Below, piece after piece: positions 11,019 through 24,172 of a stretch of 64,000 bases of DNA. The notes under the pieces were generated by a model, which did no database searches, was not told where the DNA came from, and saw nothing but the letters and a program-made list of their open reading frames with translations. This DNA is from Harriotta raleighana (Eukaryota). The DNA is taken from assembly GCA_050575255.1 (NCBI GenBank), contig JBNZDD010013652.1, positions 158,702 to 222,701 of the forward strand, given 5' to 3'. Numbering within the stretch: the first letter of the stretch is position 1; the number at the start of each line of letters is the position of its first letter. Made by a program: the position numbers and the translations under genes.

Positions 11019-14000
11019 CAATCTGCACAGTCTCTCAAATGTCTTTTTTTGGTCAGCTCTATGTCTGATGCAAGCAAAANTATTATTACAATCTGCACTG
11101 TCTCTCAAATGTCTTTTTTTGGTCAGCTCTATGTCTGATGCAAGCAAAATCCCCTCACTATACTTCAGTTTCTAAACCAGACCGAGAGCTCCATGTATGT
11201 TTGCCAATACATACTCTATTGGGGGGGGGTATTCTACATTGTCACACTTGCTGTGTTTCAGATTAAACATTGAACCTTGGTCCTGTGTCAACATTGAACC
11301 TAGCTCAAGTGAATGTTAAAAATCCGGTGACATTGTCCAAAAGCAGAAAGGGATTTCTCCCAAGTCAACAGCATTTTCTGATTGATTGATTGATTTTCGA
11401 GATTGATTATTCACCTCATAGATGTTTATGGTATTCTGTGGGTCTAATGGGTGCCATGGTTACCTCGGCAGAGTTGCTACACTAGAATTTCTTATTATAG
11501 AATAATCTTTGAGATGTTTCAAGAGACAATGTATCACCAAGATGAAAATTCTTATTGTCTGGCTTACACCATTAGAATAACTTCTCCCAAGCAGCAGAGT
11601 GACAGTCGAATGGATGATGAAGGATAGGTCGTCTGGAAAGAACTGTTCACAAAGCTCTCTTAACAAATACTCAGTGAAACAGATTGCAATAACTAATTAT
11701 GTTTCAGTCAATTACATCTATAAACTGTGTACAATTAGGCAGAAAAGCATCTTAAGGGTAGCCCATGATTCACAGAGGTTCAATGGATATTTACACTGCA
11801 GCATGGAAGTGTAGGGTATGGGTTCGAACCAATTATTCTCCACATGGGCAAGTTCCAATTCTCACTTCGTCATCAGGGGAGAGGGGCCATATTCAAAACA
11901 ATATCAGAGAAAAAATGAAGTTATTTCTTGTACTAGCATTCTACATCAAGACACAAAAATAGATTTTTTCTCTTGCCAGTTTCCTTTGTTATTGGATTTT
12001 TAACCATTACTGTAATATGATTGAGTAAGAAACTGTTTGTTGTTTTCCTGTTGAAAAGGCCAGAAAACCCAAATTTGTTGCTGGGACAGCGTGCCTGTAG
12101 CAATTACCAGTGTATAATTGCTCAACTGCTCAGGAGCACTTTGTCCATCTCATGGATAGAACTAAAATGCTTTTAAATTGACCTGAAATGCCCACCAGGA
12201 AGAATTTGCTGGTTACAGTATAATTTGCTATCCCTCACCCACTCGATCAAATTTTGTGATCACCATCTTCGTTTACCTCGGAAGCCTGAACGGCTGGGAC
12301 AACTAAAACAGAAACTTTCTGGAGTGTTTGGTTTTCACGGGGCTGTGGGGGCTTTCAAATGTTTCAAATATATCTTAAAACACCTGACCTGCTCAAGAGA
12401 TGTGGTGAATCCCCCACATAAAGCTGCTTGTAAAGGCCATGACCCTCCTGGAGAGAAATTGGTTGTTTGTCCTCACAATGGGCGGGCATGTGCGTGTATG
12501 TGTGTGAAAGTGACAGAGACAATCAAAGTTACAAATAAACCTAACAAATAGGAACTGAAGAAACGTTAGGAATAATATAAGGCTACATCATGCAATGCAT
12601 ACACATTTGATCAATCTCAACTTTTTCTGCTTTTTGGGTATTTCAGATCCCAATCTGTGATTTTACAGTCTGTATGGTTTACCATTGGGCTGGGTAATTC
12701 CTCTCGAACAGGGCCACCAGGGATCCAGAGTACTTCTGAACAAGGGAAAAGATGAAGTAGCTCTGCTCAAACAACACTGTAAATGGATGTGTGCATCTGA
12801 ATAAAATGAGCCTAATGAAATTAGCTAGAGTGAGCAAAGCAGCAGAGGAAAATCAGCTTGCATCAAGCTAGAACTTCTCACTTGATGCAATGTAATCCCC
12901 AGGCACCTCTTACATTGAAGCACTGCATTGCGGAGTGAAAGAAAGCAAGTGGACAAAATGCCCATTCTTGATGCAACCCACAATTCGATCGCTGTATCAT
13001 AAAAAATGTGCATTTTATTGAGCTCATTTGCCCTGCCTTCGCTTCATCCATTGAGAGCAGCGTTTGATTGGCATTAAGATTCAGCTGTCAGACAATTTCA
13101 CAGATGTTACTGCTTTGGAATCACTATCTAAGAATTCTGTGCACTTTAGTTGAAAGTTGAATGGTTTGAGCGGTGTCCAGGTGAGCGGTCTCCAACAGAG
13201 CATATACGTATTACCCAAAAATGCAAAATACTGCAGACGCTGCTAATCTGAGTGGTTATTTCTGTTTTCGAGCATAGACTACTCTTCTGTTTATCACTTG
13301 TAAGAAACTGCAGGATATGAAATCACTGCATTATAGAAAGCCCAGCTCTGCTGACTATTTTAGCTTTGCAGCATTTTTTAACAAGTGGCATTAAGCAGCA
13401 CGGCAGCTGGTGACAAAAGGCTGCCAATAAGATGCACAAAGTACAAAAGGGTGATATTCTGCTTGGCAGTACTTTTCTCATTGATTTGCCATGCACAAGA
13501 ATGCGTTTAGACAATGTTCTTGTGCTTTAAAATTTACAACACTGATTCAAGGCGGCAGCAAAGGGTTTGTGCTGGAGGAACGGAACTTAAGTTTAGCCAG
13601 TCATTGGTGTGGAGGGGAGAACGAAGGACAAGGAAGGGTGGAAAGAAGGGGAAAAAGAGGGAAAGTAGGGGAAAAAAAACTTGTTAATAACTTGAGCAAT
13701 GCTGTGTGTTTGAACTGTTAATGGACAGAAAAGTGACACTTGGATTAAGATTCATGCAAGTCAGTGCAATGAAAGGCAATTTTTTCCCCTGTACTCCAGA
13801 AGCTACCAATAAAAATGAGTTACAATGCTATTCTGAACTAGGTGGAGGTGTTTGGGAGAAATACAGTCTAGACAGAATGCCGTTGGGCTCCTGCACTGGA
13901 TACAATTTACACTGAGTGCTTTACAGCTAGTATTACAAGTGGAATATTGAATACAAATAGGGAAATGAATGTTAAATCTAGATAACTTCTTCTCTAGAGG

Positions 14001-14019
14001 CATCTGTAAAGAGGCAACT

Positions 14020-14678
14020 CTCTACCTCTCTGACCTCCTCACTGCCCAATCCATCACCCGGCGCCTCCGCTCAACTGGCACCAGTCTCCTGCTTGTCCCT
14101 CATGCCCTCCGCTCCACCATTGGAAGTCGCGCAGTCAGCCAGTACACTGCTGATACACTGGAACACTCTCCCTCAATCCTTCTGCCTTCCCCTCTTTTCC
14201 CCTTTTCATGTTTCGTCCAAAAAACTTCCTTTTTAACAATGTTTCCAGCCATCTCCCCATCATCCAGAGGATCCAATTCAAGATCCTGGTCCTCACATTT
14301 AAAGTGCTCCACAACCTCCTTACATCCATGATCTTCTAACCCCTAACCAACCTGCCAGTCCCCCCCACTTGGCAGGCTCTGGCCTGTTACACGTCCCTTG
14401 ACCCACCTGCCCCACCATTGGCGGGCGAGCCTTTAACCACTCTGCCCCCAACCTCTGGAACTCCATCCCACAGACCCTCCACCTCACCCCCTCCCTGGCC
14501 TTCTTCAAGTCTTACTTCAAGACTCTCCTCTTCGATGGTCTCATCGGTCACCCCAAATCCCCCATTTCCCTCCCCACTGACCTCGGGGTCATGTCTGAAA
14601 CAGTGACTGTCCAGCACCTTGGGACGTCCTCCTAGTGTGAAAGGCACTATACAAGTGCAATTTTGATGTTGTTGTTGT
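14020..14678 (+). mobile_element. Two tandem 5'-truncated L2 LINE 3' fragments
   Basis: LRSTGTSLLLVP...IGSRA and IQRIQFKILVLTFK motifs. The 3' end is gggacgtcctcc...gtgaaaggcactatacaagtgcaattttgatgttgttgttg. Confidence 0.85.
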
Positions 14679-15182
14679 CATCTTGCAGTCAGACTTCACC
14701 ACTGTTAAACTATATAAGTGCATGTTGTTGCTGTTGATCCAAGAGTTGAGGTTTCCTCTACTCTGAAGACACTTTGCTCTCACATGTCTGCCGAAGTGAA
14801 AGCTTTTCGTGACTCTCCAATTACACTGCTGGTTTTTTGACGTTCCTGTCCATCATTTTTCACCACTATTCTCAGATAGTTTCTGCTGCAGGCAATGGAT
14901 TTCCGTTATTTTCTTCTTCTTTCACAGTCATGCGGTGTGCACTGCACGGCTCTCCCAGTCTGCAATGGTATTTATATGTAGAAGGAAATAGTTGTAAATT
15001 CAAAGAATTATGATGCAAGTCAAACACTGAATCATAAAAATTAATAGCACAGAAGAAGCTTCAGCCCATTGAGTCTTTGTCAGCTCTCAGAACAAGGTAT
15101 TCAGTCAATCCCACTGTTCTGCCTCACGGCCCATAACTTTTAAAGCCTCTATTCTTCACAGACCTGTCTAATTCCCACTTGA

Positions 15183-15545
15183 AATCCACAAAAGAGAAGA
15201 GAAAGTTGCGAGGAGACCTAATAGAGGTTTTTAAGATTATGAACGGATTCGACAGAGTAAACAAGGAAAAACTGTTTCCATTGGTGGGTATATTAGAGTC
15301 TCCTGATCACAGATTTAAAATAGTTTCAAAAAGAAGCAGAGGCGAGGAGAAATTTTTTCACTCAGTGCGTTGTTTGAATCTGGAATGCATTCTGAAAAGG
15401 TAGTGAAGGCCGATTCAATAACAACTTTTAAAAGAGAGGTAGACGTTAATTTGGGGAGGTTTGCGCTGTTATGGGGAGAGTGCTGAGGAGTGGTGTTGAA
15501 AGACTCTTTTCAAAGAGCCAACACAGACTCAAAGGGCCGAATGGG
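15183..15545 (+). mobile_element. CR1 LINE 3' fragment
   Basis: Translation RKLRGDLIEVFKIMNGFDRVNKEKLFPL is typical of the CR1 ORF2 C-terminus, followed by a CR1-type 3' UTR (gggccgaatgg). Confidence 0.85.
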
Positions 15546-16542
15546 AGCTCTCCACTACCCTTTACATATTGTACATTTTGTAGACTTTTAAAAAACAAAC
15601 TTTGTGTACTCTGCACTTGAACAAATTTTAAATAAGAACTGCCAGTTGATATTTTAAATAAATCTATACACTCCTAGCGTGAATAATAAGAATAAATAAT
15701 ACTTGTGTTTGACGTAGTGCCTTTCATGTCTGGAAGATATCTCAGAGAGCTTTATAAGATTGTTACTGTGCGTAGAAACAAGAAATATCCTTGAATTTGA
15801 CATAGTACCTTTCACGCCAGGAGAACAATTCAAAGACATTCACAGAACGTACTGTGAAATGTAGTGACCATTAGTGTGTGTTTTGGCCTTGTTCAGCGTC
15901 GGAAACATTCTAATGATAGCGATTAATTTGATATATTGATAGTAATTTCTTAACTATGAGAGACAATCCGGTACAATTGGAACAAGATCCAAACATCAAG
16001 AAAATATCAATAAGCTTTTCTTGATTTATGATTTTTTTTCCCACATTATCTTTTAACGTTGCTGGTTTACAACATTATAGCCCTTGGCCTTTAACCAGGT
16101 TTTCAATCTGCCTTTCTGCTGCCTCTTTATACTTTCTAATATTACTTTCTAGTGCACACCAAGACCATCCTCCCACAAAGTGCTGCCAACTGTTGACTCA
16201 CCCAAAACATCTGTACCTGTCAATTGGCACAGGAGTCTTGCAGTGTAAGGCAGGGCGAAATGTTAGACGAGTTTCTTTACTCCATAAACCTTTGTTTACC
16301 TTAAGTAGGTAAAGGAAGTTATTAGTAGGAACCCAGATGTTATTTGATTGCTTTTTTGTGGGGTAATAATCCCTTCAAAAAAATAAATAAAAAGTACTTG
16401 GCCACTCAATCCACGACTGTTTGTGGGACACTGCTGTGTGTAATTGCCTGCTAGGTTTCTCCCACAAAATAAACAGTCAATTCGCTTTACAGTATATTCT
16501 TTGAAGCACTTTGAGATGTCTCGAAAACACGATAAGAAGCTA

Positions 16543-16880
16543 AAGTAAAACGTCAATAAACCGATATTCAGAAAGCCAGGAACTCCCTAAATCTAGTAAT
16601 ATTTAATACAGTATTACTGTACATTTTTTTCCGATGTTGGCAAATCTACCAAAGTTCAAAACAGTTGCTTGTAGTTCATAGCGTCACCGTTCTGTTGACC
16701 AGCGCTGTGGTTGCCCATGTTGCAGTTTGGCTGTTGTTTGGCTTCAGTGCTGTGTTTACAGCACATGTGGTGTATGGGGCAGCACTTCCCCAGCCATTTC
16801 TAAGTAGGTTTCTAAATAGCAGCAAACTCCGAAATCCAGGAGGTGTGTGGGCCCAACCATGCCAGATTATTGAGGTTTTA
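16543..16880. mobile_element. Tigger/pogo-like MITE (family B) inserted into a SINE tail
   Basis: Degenerate TIRs ((c)agtaaaacgtcaataaaccg ... cagattattgaggtttta). The interior is the reverse-complement homologue of 34949-35326. It splits the SINE tail at gcta|tatcaaatgcaagg. Confidence 0.65.
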
Positions 16881-18206
16881 TCAAATGCAAGGATTATTAT
16901 TATCAATATTATATGTCTTTAACTTAGGAACATGGAAAATAGGACCAGAGCATCAAGCCTCTTCCATCAGTTTATTAGATCTTGGCAAATCTGCTAATTC
17001 TTTCATACCACATAAAACATTTACTACTCAAGTTTTTAACTATTTCTCTTTTAAACATCCCAATCTCTTTCTGAGGCAAAGTATTCCGCATCATGAGATG
17101 TCTAGAAGATGTGAAAAGCACTATACCAAACACGAGGATTATTATTATTATCACCATTATTATTATCTTTGTGTGAAGAAACACTGTCTGATCACAATTT
17201 TAAACATTTCAGCTCTGATTTTAAGACTATGCCTTGGAATCTGTTTCTAACTAAGCCTTAGAAACCATTTTAAAACCTGGCTAATTTTATTGTTTATATG
17301 TTACCAAAACATATTAAATATAGTATTATGAAATGTGTATGTTCTAAGAAAGACCAACGGAACTATTGAATGTTTAGAGTGGACTAATGTTTAAACTTAC
17401 TTTAAACTTGCTCAAACGTTATTGTACTGAAAGGAAACATTTACGCTCATGTGCCCAATGTTCTAACTACCTCGTCACTGGATTAAGCACTTAGTGATCC
17501 CTGCTCATGAAAGAAGCAAAGAGAAAAAAAATTAGATTTTTATATTGCCTTGTCGTGGCTTGTCAGCAATTCAAACTGCTTCACAGTTAATACTTTCAAG
17601 GCTAGTGACTGTTCTGTAGGCAAACACGGCAGCCAGTTGTCACACAATGACCTACATTTAGCCATGACATGAATAATTAATTCATCTGAGGGATTGTTGG
17701 CCAGAACTCCAAAATAAACTCCTTTCTAAATAATGCCCCAGGTTTTTCGCATCCAATTGAACAGAGACTTTCATCCAAAAGGCATCATCTTCAACAATGC
17801 AATACCCATCTTTGTACACTGGAGTGTTAGCCTAGTCAGGAACAAATTCAACTTTAATATATCCCATGTAGTCCTCTGGACTCGCCCATGACTTGAGTGA
17901 GATACTACTGGTTACTTAGTATCTGAGACGCCATCCGGCGTGGAGGACGCTATATAAATCAAAGTTGTTGTTTTTACCTGTGGCTTATCACCCGGGAAAT
18001 TTTTCAGAGAATTTGGAGAGGAAAATAAAATCTATAAATACAGACGCTGATAACTTATACCTTGAGCACAATCTCAATATCGCTATCATTTAATAAACAT
18101 GAATCACTGGAACTTGATTGAAGACCATGTAGCTCTGGTTGATAGATGGTATTGTTCCTGGTATTTAGCGTGTAGGCGCAGTCAACTCTAACACCAAGAC
18201 ATTTGT

Positions 18207-18543
18207 GGAGCTCCTGTGGCTCAGTGGTTAGAGCACTCGCCTTACATGCCTTACAAGCATGAGGCCTGTGTTCGAATCCAGGCAGATCAGGGCGAAACCT
18301 TGGGCAAGTTTCCTTACTCCACATGCCTAATAATAATCCCTCCAAAAAAAACTACAATAATAAAAAATTGGTCATTTCAATCCATTACTATTTGTGGGAC
18401 ACTGCTGTGCGCAATTGGCTGCCGCATTTCGCCCACAAATATACAGTCAATTCACTTTACAGTATACTCTGTGAAGCGCTTTGGGACGTTGATAAATTGT
18501 GAAAAGCGCTTTATCAAATGCAAGGATTATTATTATTATTATT
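18207..18543 (+). mobile_element. Young tRNA-derived SINE, full length
   Basis: A-box TGGCTCAGTGG, B-box GTTCGAATCC, core tgtgggacactgctgtgcgcaattggctgcc, and L2-like tail gtgaaaagcgct...aaatgcaaggattattatt. Confidence 0.9.
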
Positions 18544-18918
18544 AACTGTTATATTCTTTCAACAGTCAAAGGAACAACTAATGGAAAATCTCACCTGGAC
18601 AAAGCAGGGAGGACATAGGAAGATTGTCACTAACCTCAAGAATGTTACTGCTCAAAAAAACTTTTGGGGATTCATTTGGAGATAGAAAGAGAGAGAAAGA
18701 AATATCAACAACTTGCATTTGTATAACAAGCATGGTGGTGTCTCAGAGTAGCCAAAACCGAGTGAGAGGGATGAAAGACAGGAATCAACTCTCACCAACA
18801 TTAGCATCCCAAGACACTACCGCACATGAAGGCCTCCTTATATAAATGCAAATTGTCACTGTTATTGTATCTTGCAAACACAAGCAGAGTCATCCTCCAC
18901 CAGAAAGATTCTTAATAA

Positions 18919-19233
18919 GGAGTCCTGTAGCTCAGTGGTTGGAGCACTCGCCTTACAAGCATGAGACCTGTGTTCGAATCCAGGCAAGGCAGGGTGAAAC
19001 ATGGGAAGTTTCTTTACTCCATTATTATGCCTAATAATAATCCCTCAAAATTAAAAACAATTGGTCATTTCAATTCATGACTGTTTGTGGGACTCTGCTG
19101 TGCGCAATTGACTGCCATTTTCGCCTACAGTGAATTCACATTACAATATATTCTGTGAAGTGCTTTGAGACGTCTAGAAGACGTGAAAAGCGCCATATCA
19201 AATGCAAGAATCATTATTATTATCATTAATAAT
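18919..19233 (+). mobile_element. Young tRNA-derived SINE, full length
   Basis: Same head (ggagtcctgtagctcagtgg...gttcgaatcc), core and (ATT)n tail as 18207-18543. Confidence 0.88.
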
Positions 19234-21750
19234 AAGTGGAATTAGGAAAGAGATGCAGAGATCTTCAAGAGGGTGCCAATCAGTGGGCCTATCTACCAAG
19301 ACAAACCCAGATATAGTGAGCTACTGAATGGGATTCAATGAGCATTTAATGAGTGTGGAAACTGAAGCACACTCAAGTAAGGTGTAACTAGCACTGAAAG
19401 GGATGCTCTGTGATGCTATCCTGCATGATGGTGCGAGAAAAAAATGCAAGCTGTTGTTGACATGGAGGAAACATCTGTCTGAAATAAGAGGGATTATTAA
19501 ATATAGAATTTTTTCGGCAAACTGAATAACATTTTTATATTTGATTTTCCATTACTTGCTTCCATTTGGCGCTATGTATTTTTCTGCCAATACATACACA
19601 GTAAATTCCTTGCGATGTACTCCCGATGTGAAAAGCACTATGCTAAATTTTAAAGCTGCAATGTTTATAATGGAGCCCAACTATCAAAAATGACTGCCAT
19701 ACAGGCAGTGATTTGTTGCTGTGAGTTATATATAGCTCTGATGGTGAGAGTGCTCTGTGATCTTGGCTCTCTCATGATACATGTTGATTTGAAGTCCCTG
19801 CTCATAGTGTGTACTTGAGTGCTTAACAGCAGCTGAGAGAAGTGCAAGGAGCCAGGAGAAGATACCTCGACAAACTTACTTGGCTCCTGTTTTTTTCTTC
19901 TCTGTACACTAGATCTACATTATGGGTGTATTATTTAACTGAAATGTAGATGGCTTTGCTACCAGACAAACCAACGACAAACCTCCCCATTGCTGGATAG
20001 ATCACTGACCATTGCTGATGCTGGTACCTAATTACATTGTAATAATTTTCTTTAAATAACTTTAAAATATAATTTGTTAATTGTTATCCTGACCAGGATA
20101 GGTAATGTGATTTTTAAAATCACTCTCAAGTCGTTTTTTTGAAATAAAATCAGTGCGAACAAAAAGCAAAAGCTGCTGACATGAGTACATGCAACGTAAG
20201 GGGACATGAAAAGGATTGAATCTTTGGAAAACTTGTCATAAACACATCATCCAGATACTTTGAAGATGCTTTTACCATCACTCAGCCAGTTGTATACCTT
20301 ATTAGCTGGTGTAAAAATTCCTATTCAGCAACCACTGTCAATTTAACTGAGCATCACCTTAGCTGTTTCCTTCCTTTCGACCAGCTGACTTTACTGATAC
20401 TTCTTACAGCCACACAGTAAATCCAGAGGGGGTGCAGCGCCCAAGTATACCGAGTCAAACACAGAAAGGTTTGTTAGACATATAAGGAATCCACTAATCC
20501 TATATGCAGTGTCTTACCACAAGATTACATGTTAATTTGAAGACCAGAGTCAGTTGGAAGTCCCTTAAATAGGTTTATGTCACTGTGCGTAATTGGCTTC
20601 AATCTTAGGCTAGTATTATCTTATTCAATGTTCTATGATTTAAGTAATGTATTGAAAGGTTTATGAATCCTTGTGTGTCTCAGATTATGCTAGGGTCCAA
20701 TACTCTAGGCTTTGATGATAGCTGCCTCACTGTGTACAACCTTCATGTAAACCCTTTCTGTTCTATTATCCATGTTGGTGTAACATTACTGCATTTACTG
20801 CAGGAAGTGAAACATTATTGGTGGAGGTTATAATCTGACAATGCCCATGTTGTACAACAACTCGCAGTTGTGTAGCATATGATGAATGCCTCAAAGTCCT
20901 TACCAAATATAGAGACCACCGATCAGAAATAGGGAGATTTGAGGATATTCACCAAAGCCAGTCAGCAAAATGTTTTCAAGAAGGCTTCAAACGTAGGGAG
21001 AGAAGAACAGAACACAAAGGGTATTGGCAGGACAATGGGTATTGGATAGATAGGAAAGGATGAGATAATTCAAAGTAAGGCCAAGGATCTTAAAGTCAAT
21101 CTGGTAGGAGGAGGATGTAATCAATACTAAGTTTGTGGAGCCTAGGCCAGGAGAGATTAATAGCTGCGGAGGTTTGGATGAGCACTGAATCTTATGGATT
21201 CTTTTGGATCTTATGTTAGGTGGAGTTTGAGAGGTTTAATTGAATCAACACTAATTGAACAGTTCTGCTTGATTAAACCATTGATTTGGCTTAGGCGTGG
21301 ATCTCATTAGAATCAGCAACCTACATGTTCCTTGTTACTGGTTGGGACACATGAGCTATTGAAGTCAGTACAACTTGATACCTCACACTGATAATTACAC
21401 CTACATATTTTTGTTAGTTTTGAATAAATATTAATGCACTATTTCTCTTCCTGCTTCATTATCCTTTTATATTATGCAATGCCTGATGCACTATAATTTT
21501 GAAGCAGTACTGTATCTCAATTTTTAATTCAATGTACTGTATTAGGGGTCTAGAAATTATACTCTGCCTTTGTATCAAGGATACATCTGGGGTTACGTTG
21601 AGATTTGATAAACATTTCCACTTGTGATTTCAGTGCTCATTAGTCCCCTGAGGACTTTCACTTGTGGCTAAATTTGTTCAGATTTGTTCTCCCTGCTGTT
21701 CATGCCTGTCTTCCATTTATTTGGCTGGCTAATAAAGGAAAAAAGGAATA

Positions 21751-22812
21751 CAGTTAACCCTGGCGACTTTATCGATTGCGAATTCAAATATACGCGACGA
21801 AAACAAAAGCAAAAATTTTTTGGGCAGCGCACATAAAACTTGTGTATGCGCACGGGTAAAGACACCGATAGCTCTCGACTGAATCCGATGATTCCTCAGC
21901 TGGCTGGTTCCACATGCATGCGCATTTTTGATGAGGCCAGCAGATCCCGACTAAAGCTGAAGCCCTGCGCGCAATGCATTCTGGGTAAGTAGAATAACGC
22001 TTTGGCCTCGGAGAATCTTATTGCGTTGCATGATAAACAGAAGAGACGGAGAAAGAGACAGGAATCGTACAGCAATGTAGGCTAATCTACCCTGTTGTTT
22101 TATTGCTTTTTTTATTGCTTTACTGCTTTGTTTTCACTTTATTATAGCAATAAAGCGATAACAAAGCCGCTGAAACCTTTCTGTGTCTCCCGTTTCAGCA
22201 TTCTCCGAGCGGCTCGCACCTCAGCGAATCCCCCACCCAGCCTCCGATCGGCTTGCTGGCCCACATCTCAGCAAGTCCCCTTCGCCCCCAATCGGCTTGC
22301 TGCCCTCCATCTCCTGAGTCCCCCTCGCCCCTGATCAGCTTACTGCCCCCCACTTCCCTGAGCCCCCCTACCCCCGATCGGCTTGCTGGCCCACACCTTC
22401 CCGAGTACACCAGTGTCCCCAATCGGCTCGCTGGCTCGCACCTCAGCGAGTACCCCCATTGCCTCCGAGCGGTTCTCTTTTCCCTATTCCTCCGCCTTCC
22501 TCCTGGGCTGCCCTGATTTACCCACTTCCTGGGTGGTAGAAGAGACGAGAACAGGAAGAGTGGGAGCGGGGTGGGGGGGTGGGGAGAAACAAGAGCGGGG
22601 GGAGGCGGGCGGAGTGAGGAGTGGGTCAGCCAGCTGTAGCCCGCCTCAGTAGGTACCTTGCATTGGATGTGCTGGAGGCTTGAGGTGGGTAGCCTGCGAC
22701 TGGATTCTCCTAACCCCGATTTTCCCATTACTTCATAAGCTTCTCCAATGCGATTTCGTTGAATGCGCAGTTTTCCAGGAACGTAACCCCTGCGATCGAC
22801 GAGGGTTAAATG
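21751..22812. mobile_element. Non-autonomous Tigger-like DNA transposon (~1.06 kb), CpG-rich
   Basis: Left end TA|CAGTTAACCCTGGCG. The right end CGAGGGTTAAATG reads CATTTAACCCTCG on the minus strand. Subterminal ggaacgtaacccctgcgat. No transposase ORF. The right-hand TA is not preserved. Confidence 0.65.
22203..22475 (+). repeat. Degenerate ~42-45 bp GC-rich minisatellite inside the transposon
   Basis: About six units of c(t/c)ccgatcggcttgctggcccacacctcagcgagtcccc. Confidence 0.75.
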
Positions 22813-24141
22813 GAAATCCACTGTGCAGAACATGTAAACCTGTTCCACTCAGAAGAGGCAGGGAATCCACCAGCATTTTACCTTAGTTGCACCACAATCG
22901 TCCTCACAAAGAATGAGTATAATTCTGGGATATATTAATAGTAATAATAATTATTAATAATAATATTATTATTTGAATAATAATGATCCTTGCCCTGGCG
23001 GTATATCCTTGTCAAAAAATATATTGTAAGGTGCAGTGACTCTGTGCTTTGTGAGCGAACAGGGCAGCTAATTTACACACAGCAATGTCCCACAAAAAGC
23101 CAATTTTATCTACAGGATTGTTAACCAGGATACTGGGAGAAACTCCCTTCTGTTTTCCAACAGAGCCATGAGATTTTAAAGTCCCCATGAAAAAAAGGTA
23201 CTGATAGGTCTTCATTTCGAAAGCTCATCTGAAGAATAGCAATCTTTGACAATGCCATATTTCTCCAGCACAGCATTGGACAGTAGTAGCCTGGATTTTG
23301 AGACCAAAGTCCCAATGTAGGGTTGTAACCCATAATGTTCTAATTGAAAGAGCTAACAACTGAGCTCGGTTTAAAACCTACAGGGTTCAAGATCCGAGAG
23401 AAAAGTGGAAAGGAATTTGGGAACTCAAGCAGAAAATTCTTACCCTCTGGAAATAAAAACTCTTAATGTGTTTGTGAAGTTGTGGCTGAGCTGTGAGACA
23501 AGATTACAAAGCTGCAGCACAAGTGTTACCGATGCTTAAATCAGACCTCCTGGTTGACTCTAGAACACATCAGAAACTGCAGCTGTAACTCAGCATCTGG
23601 ATCAATCCAACATGCCGACATACGCAGCTTCACTCACCACGACCCAGAACTATAGATATTTATAATAGTAATCATTCTATTTGATAGAAGCACGTAGAAA
23701 TCTCAAAGCTTCTGAAAAATGTAATCACTGTGTAATTGTTGGCTAATGAGAAACACATATGCTTACAGCAAAGAGCCACAACTGCCATGAGGTGAATGAT
23801 TAATTTTATTTAGGAGATTGTTGGCCAAGATACGAGGAGAAATTTCCTTCTCTGAATGAATACTACCATGGGATCCTTAACGTCCGCCTTGACAGACTGC
23901 AGTTTGAGAAATGATTCCATGCCTAAGCACTGTTTCTGGTGTGCCTAAGTTCATATGGAATTCATACCCCTCGCTGAACCAGGAATGTAAGTGGGAAGAT
24001 CAAAGTGTAAGCACTTGCTCACTAACATCTTACATACATTTCAGTATCATTTCTCTTTTAATAATCATCTACCAATAACAACAACAATTTGTGTTCATAT
24101 AGCACCCTTCATCCAGGATAGTCTCTCAAAGGGTGTTGAAC

Positions 24142-24172
<31 letters not shown>

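Noticed and set aside
18213-18290. tRNA-like sequence with A and B boxes
   Set aside because: It is a SINE head: there is no complete acceptor stem and it is followed by the SINE core and tail.
22195-22848. 217-aa ORF in the Tigger-like element
   Set aside because: Low-complexity reading of a GC-rich minisatellite, with no HTH or DDE transposase motifs.
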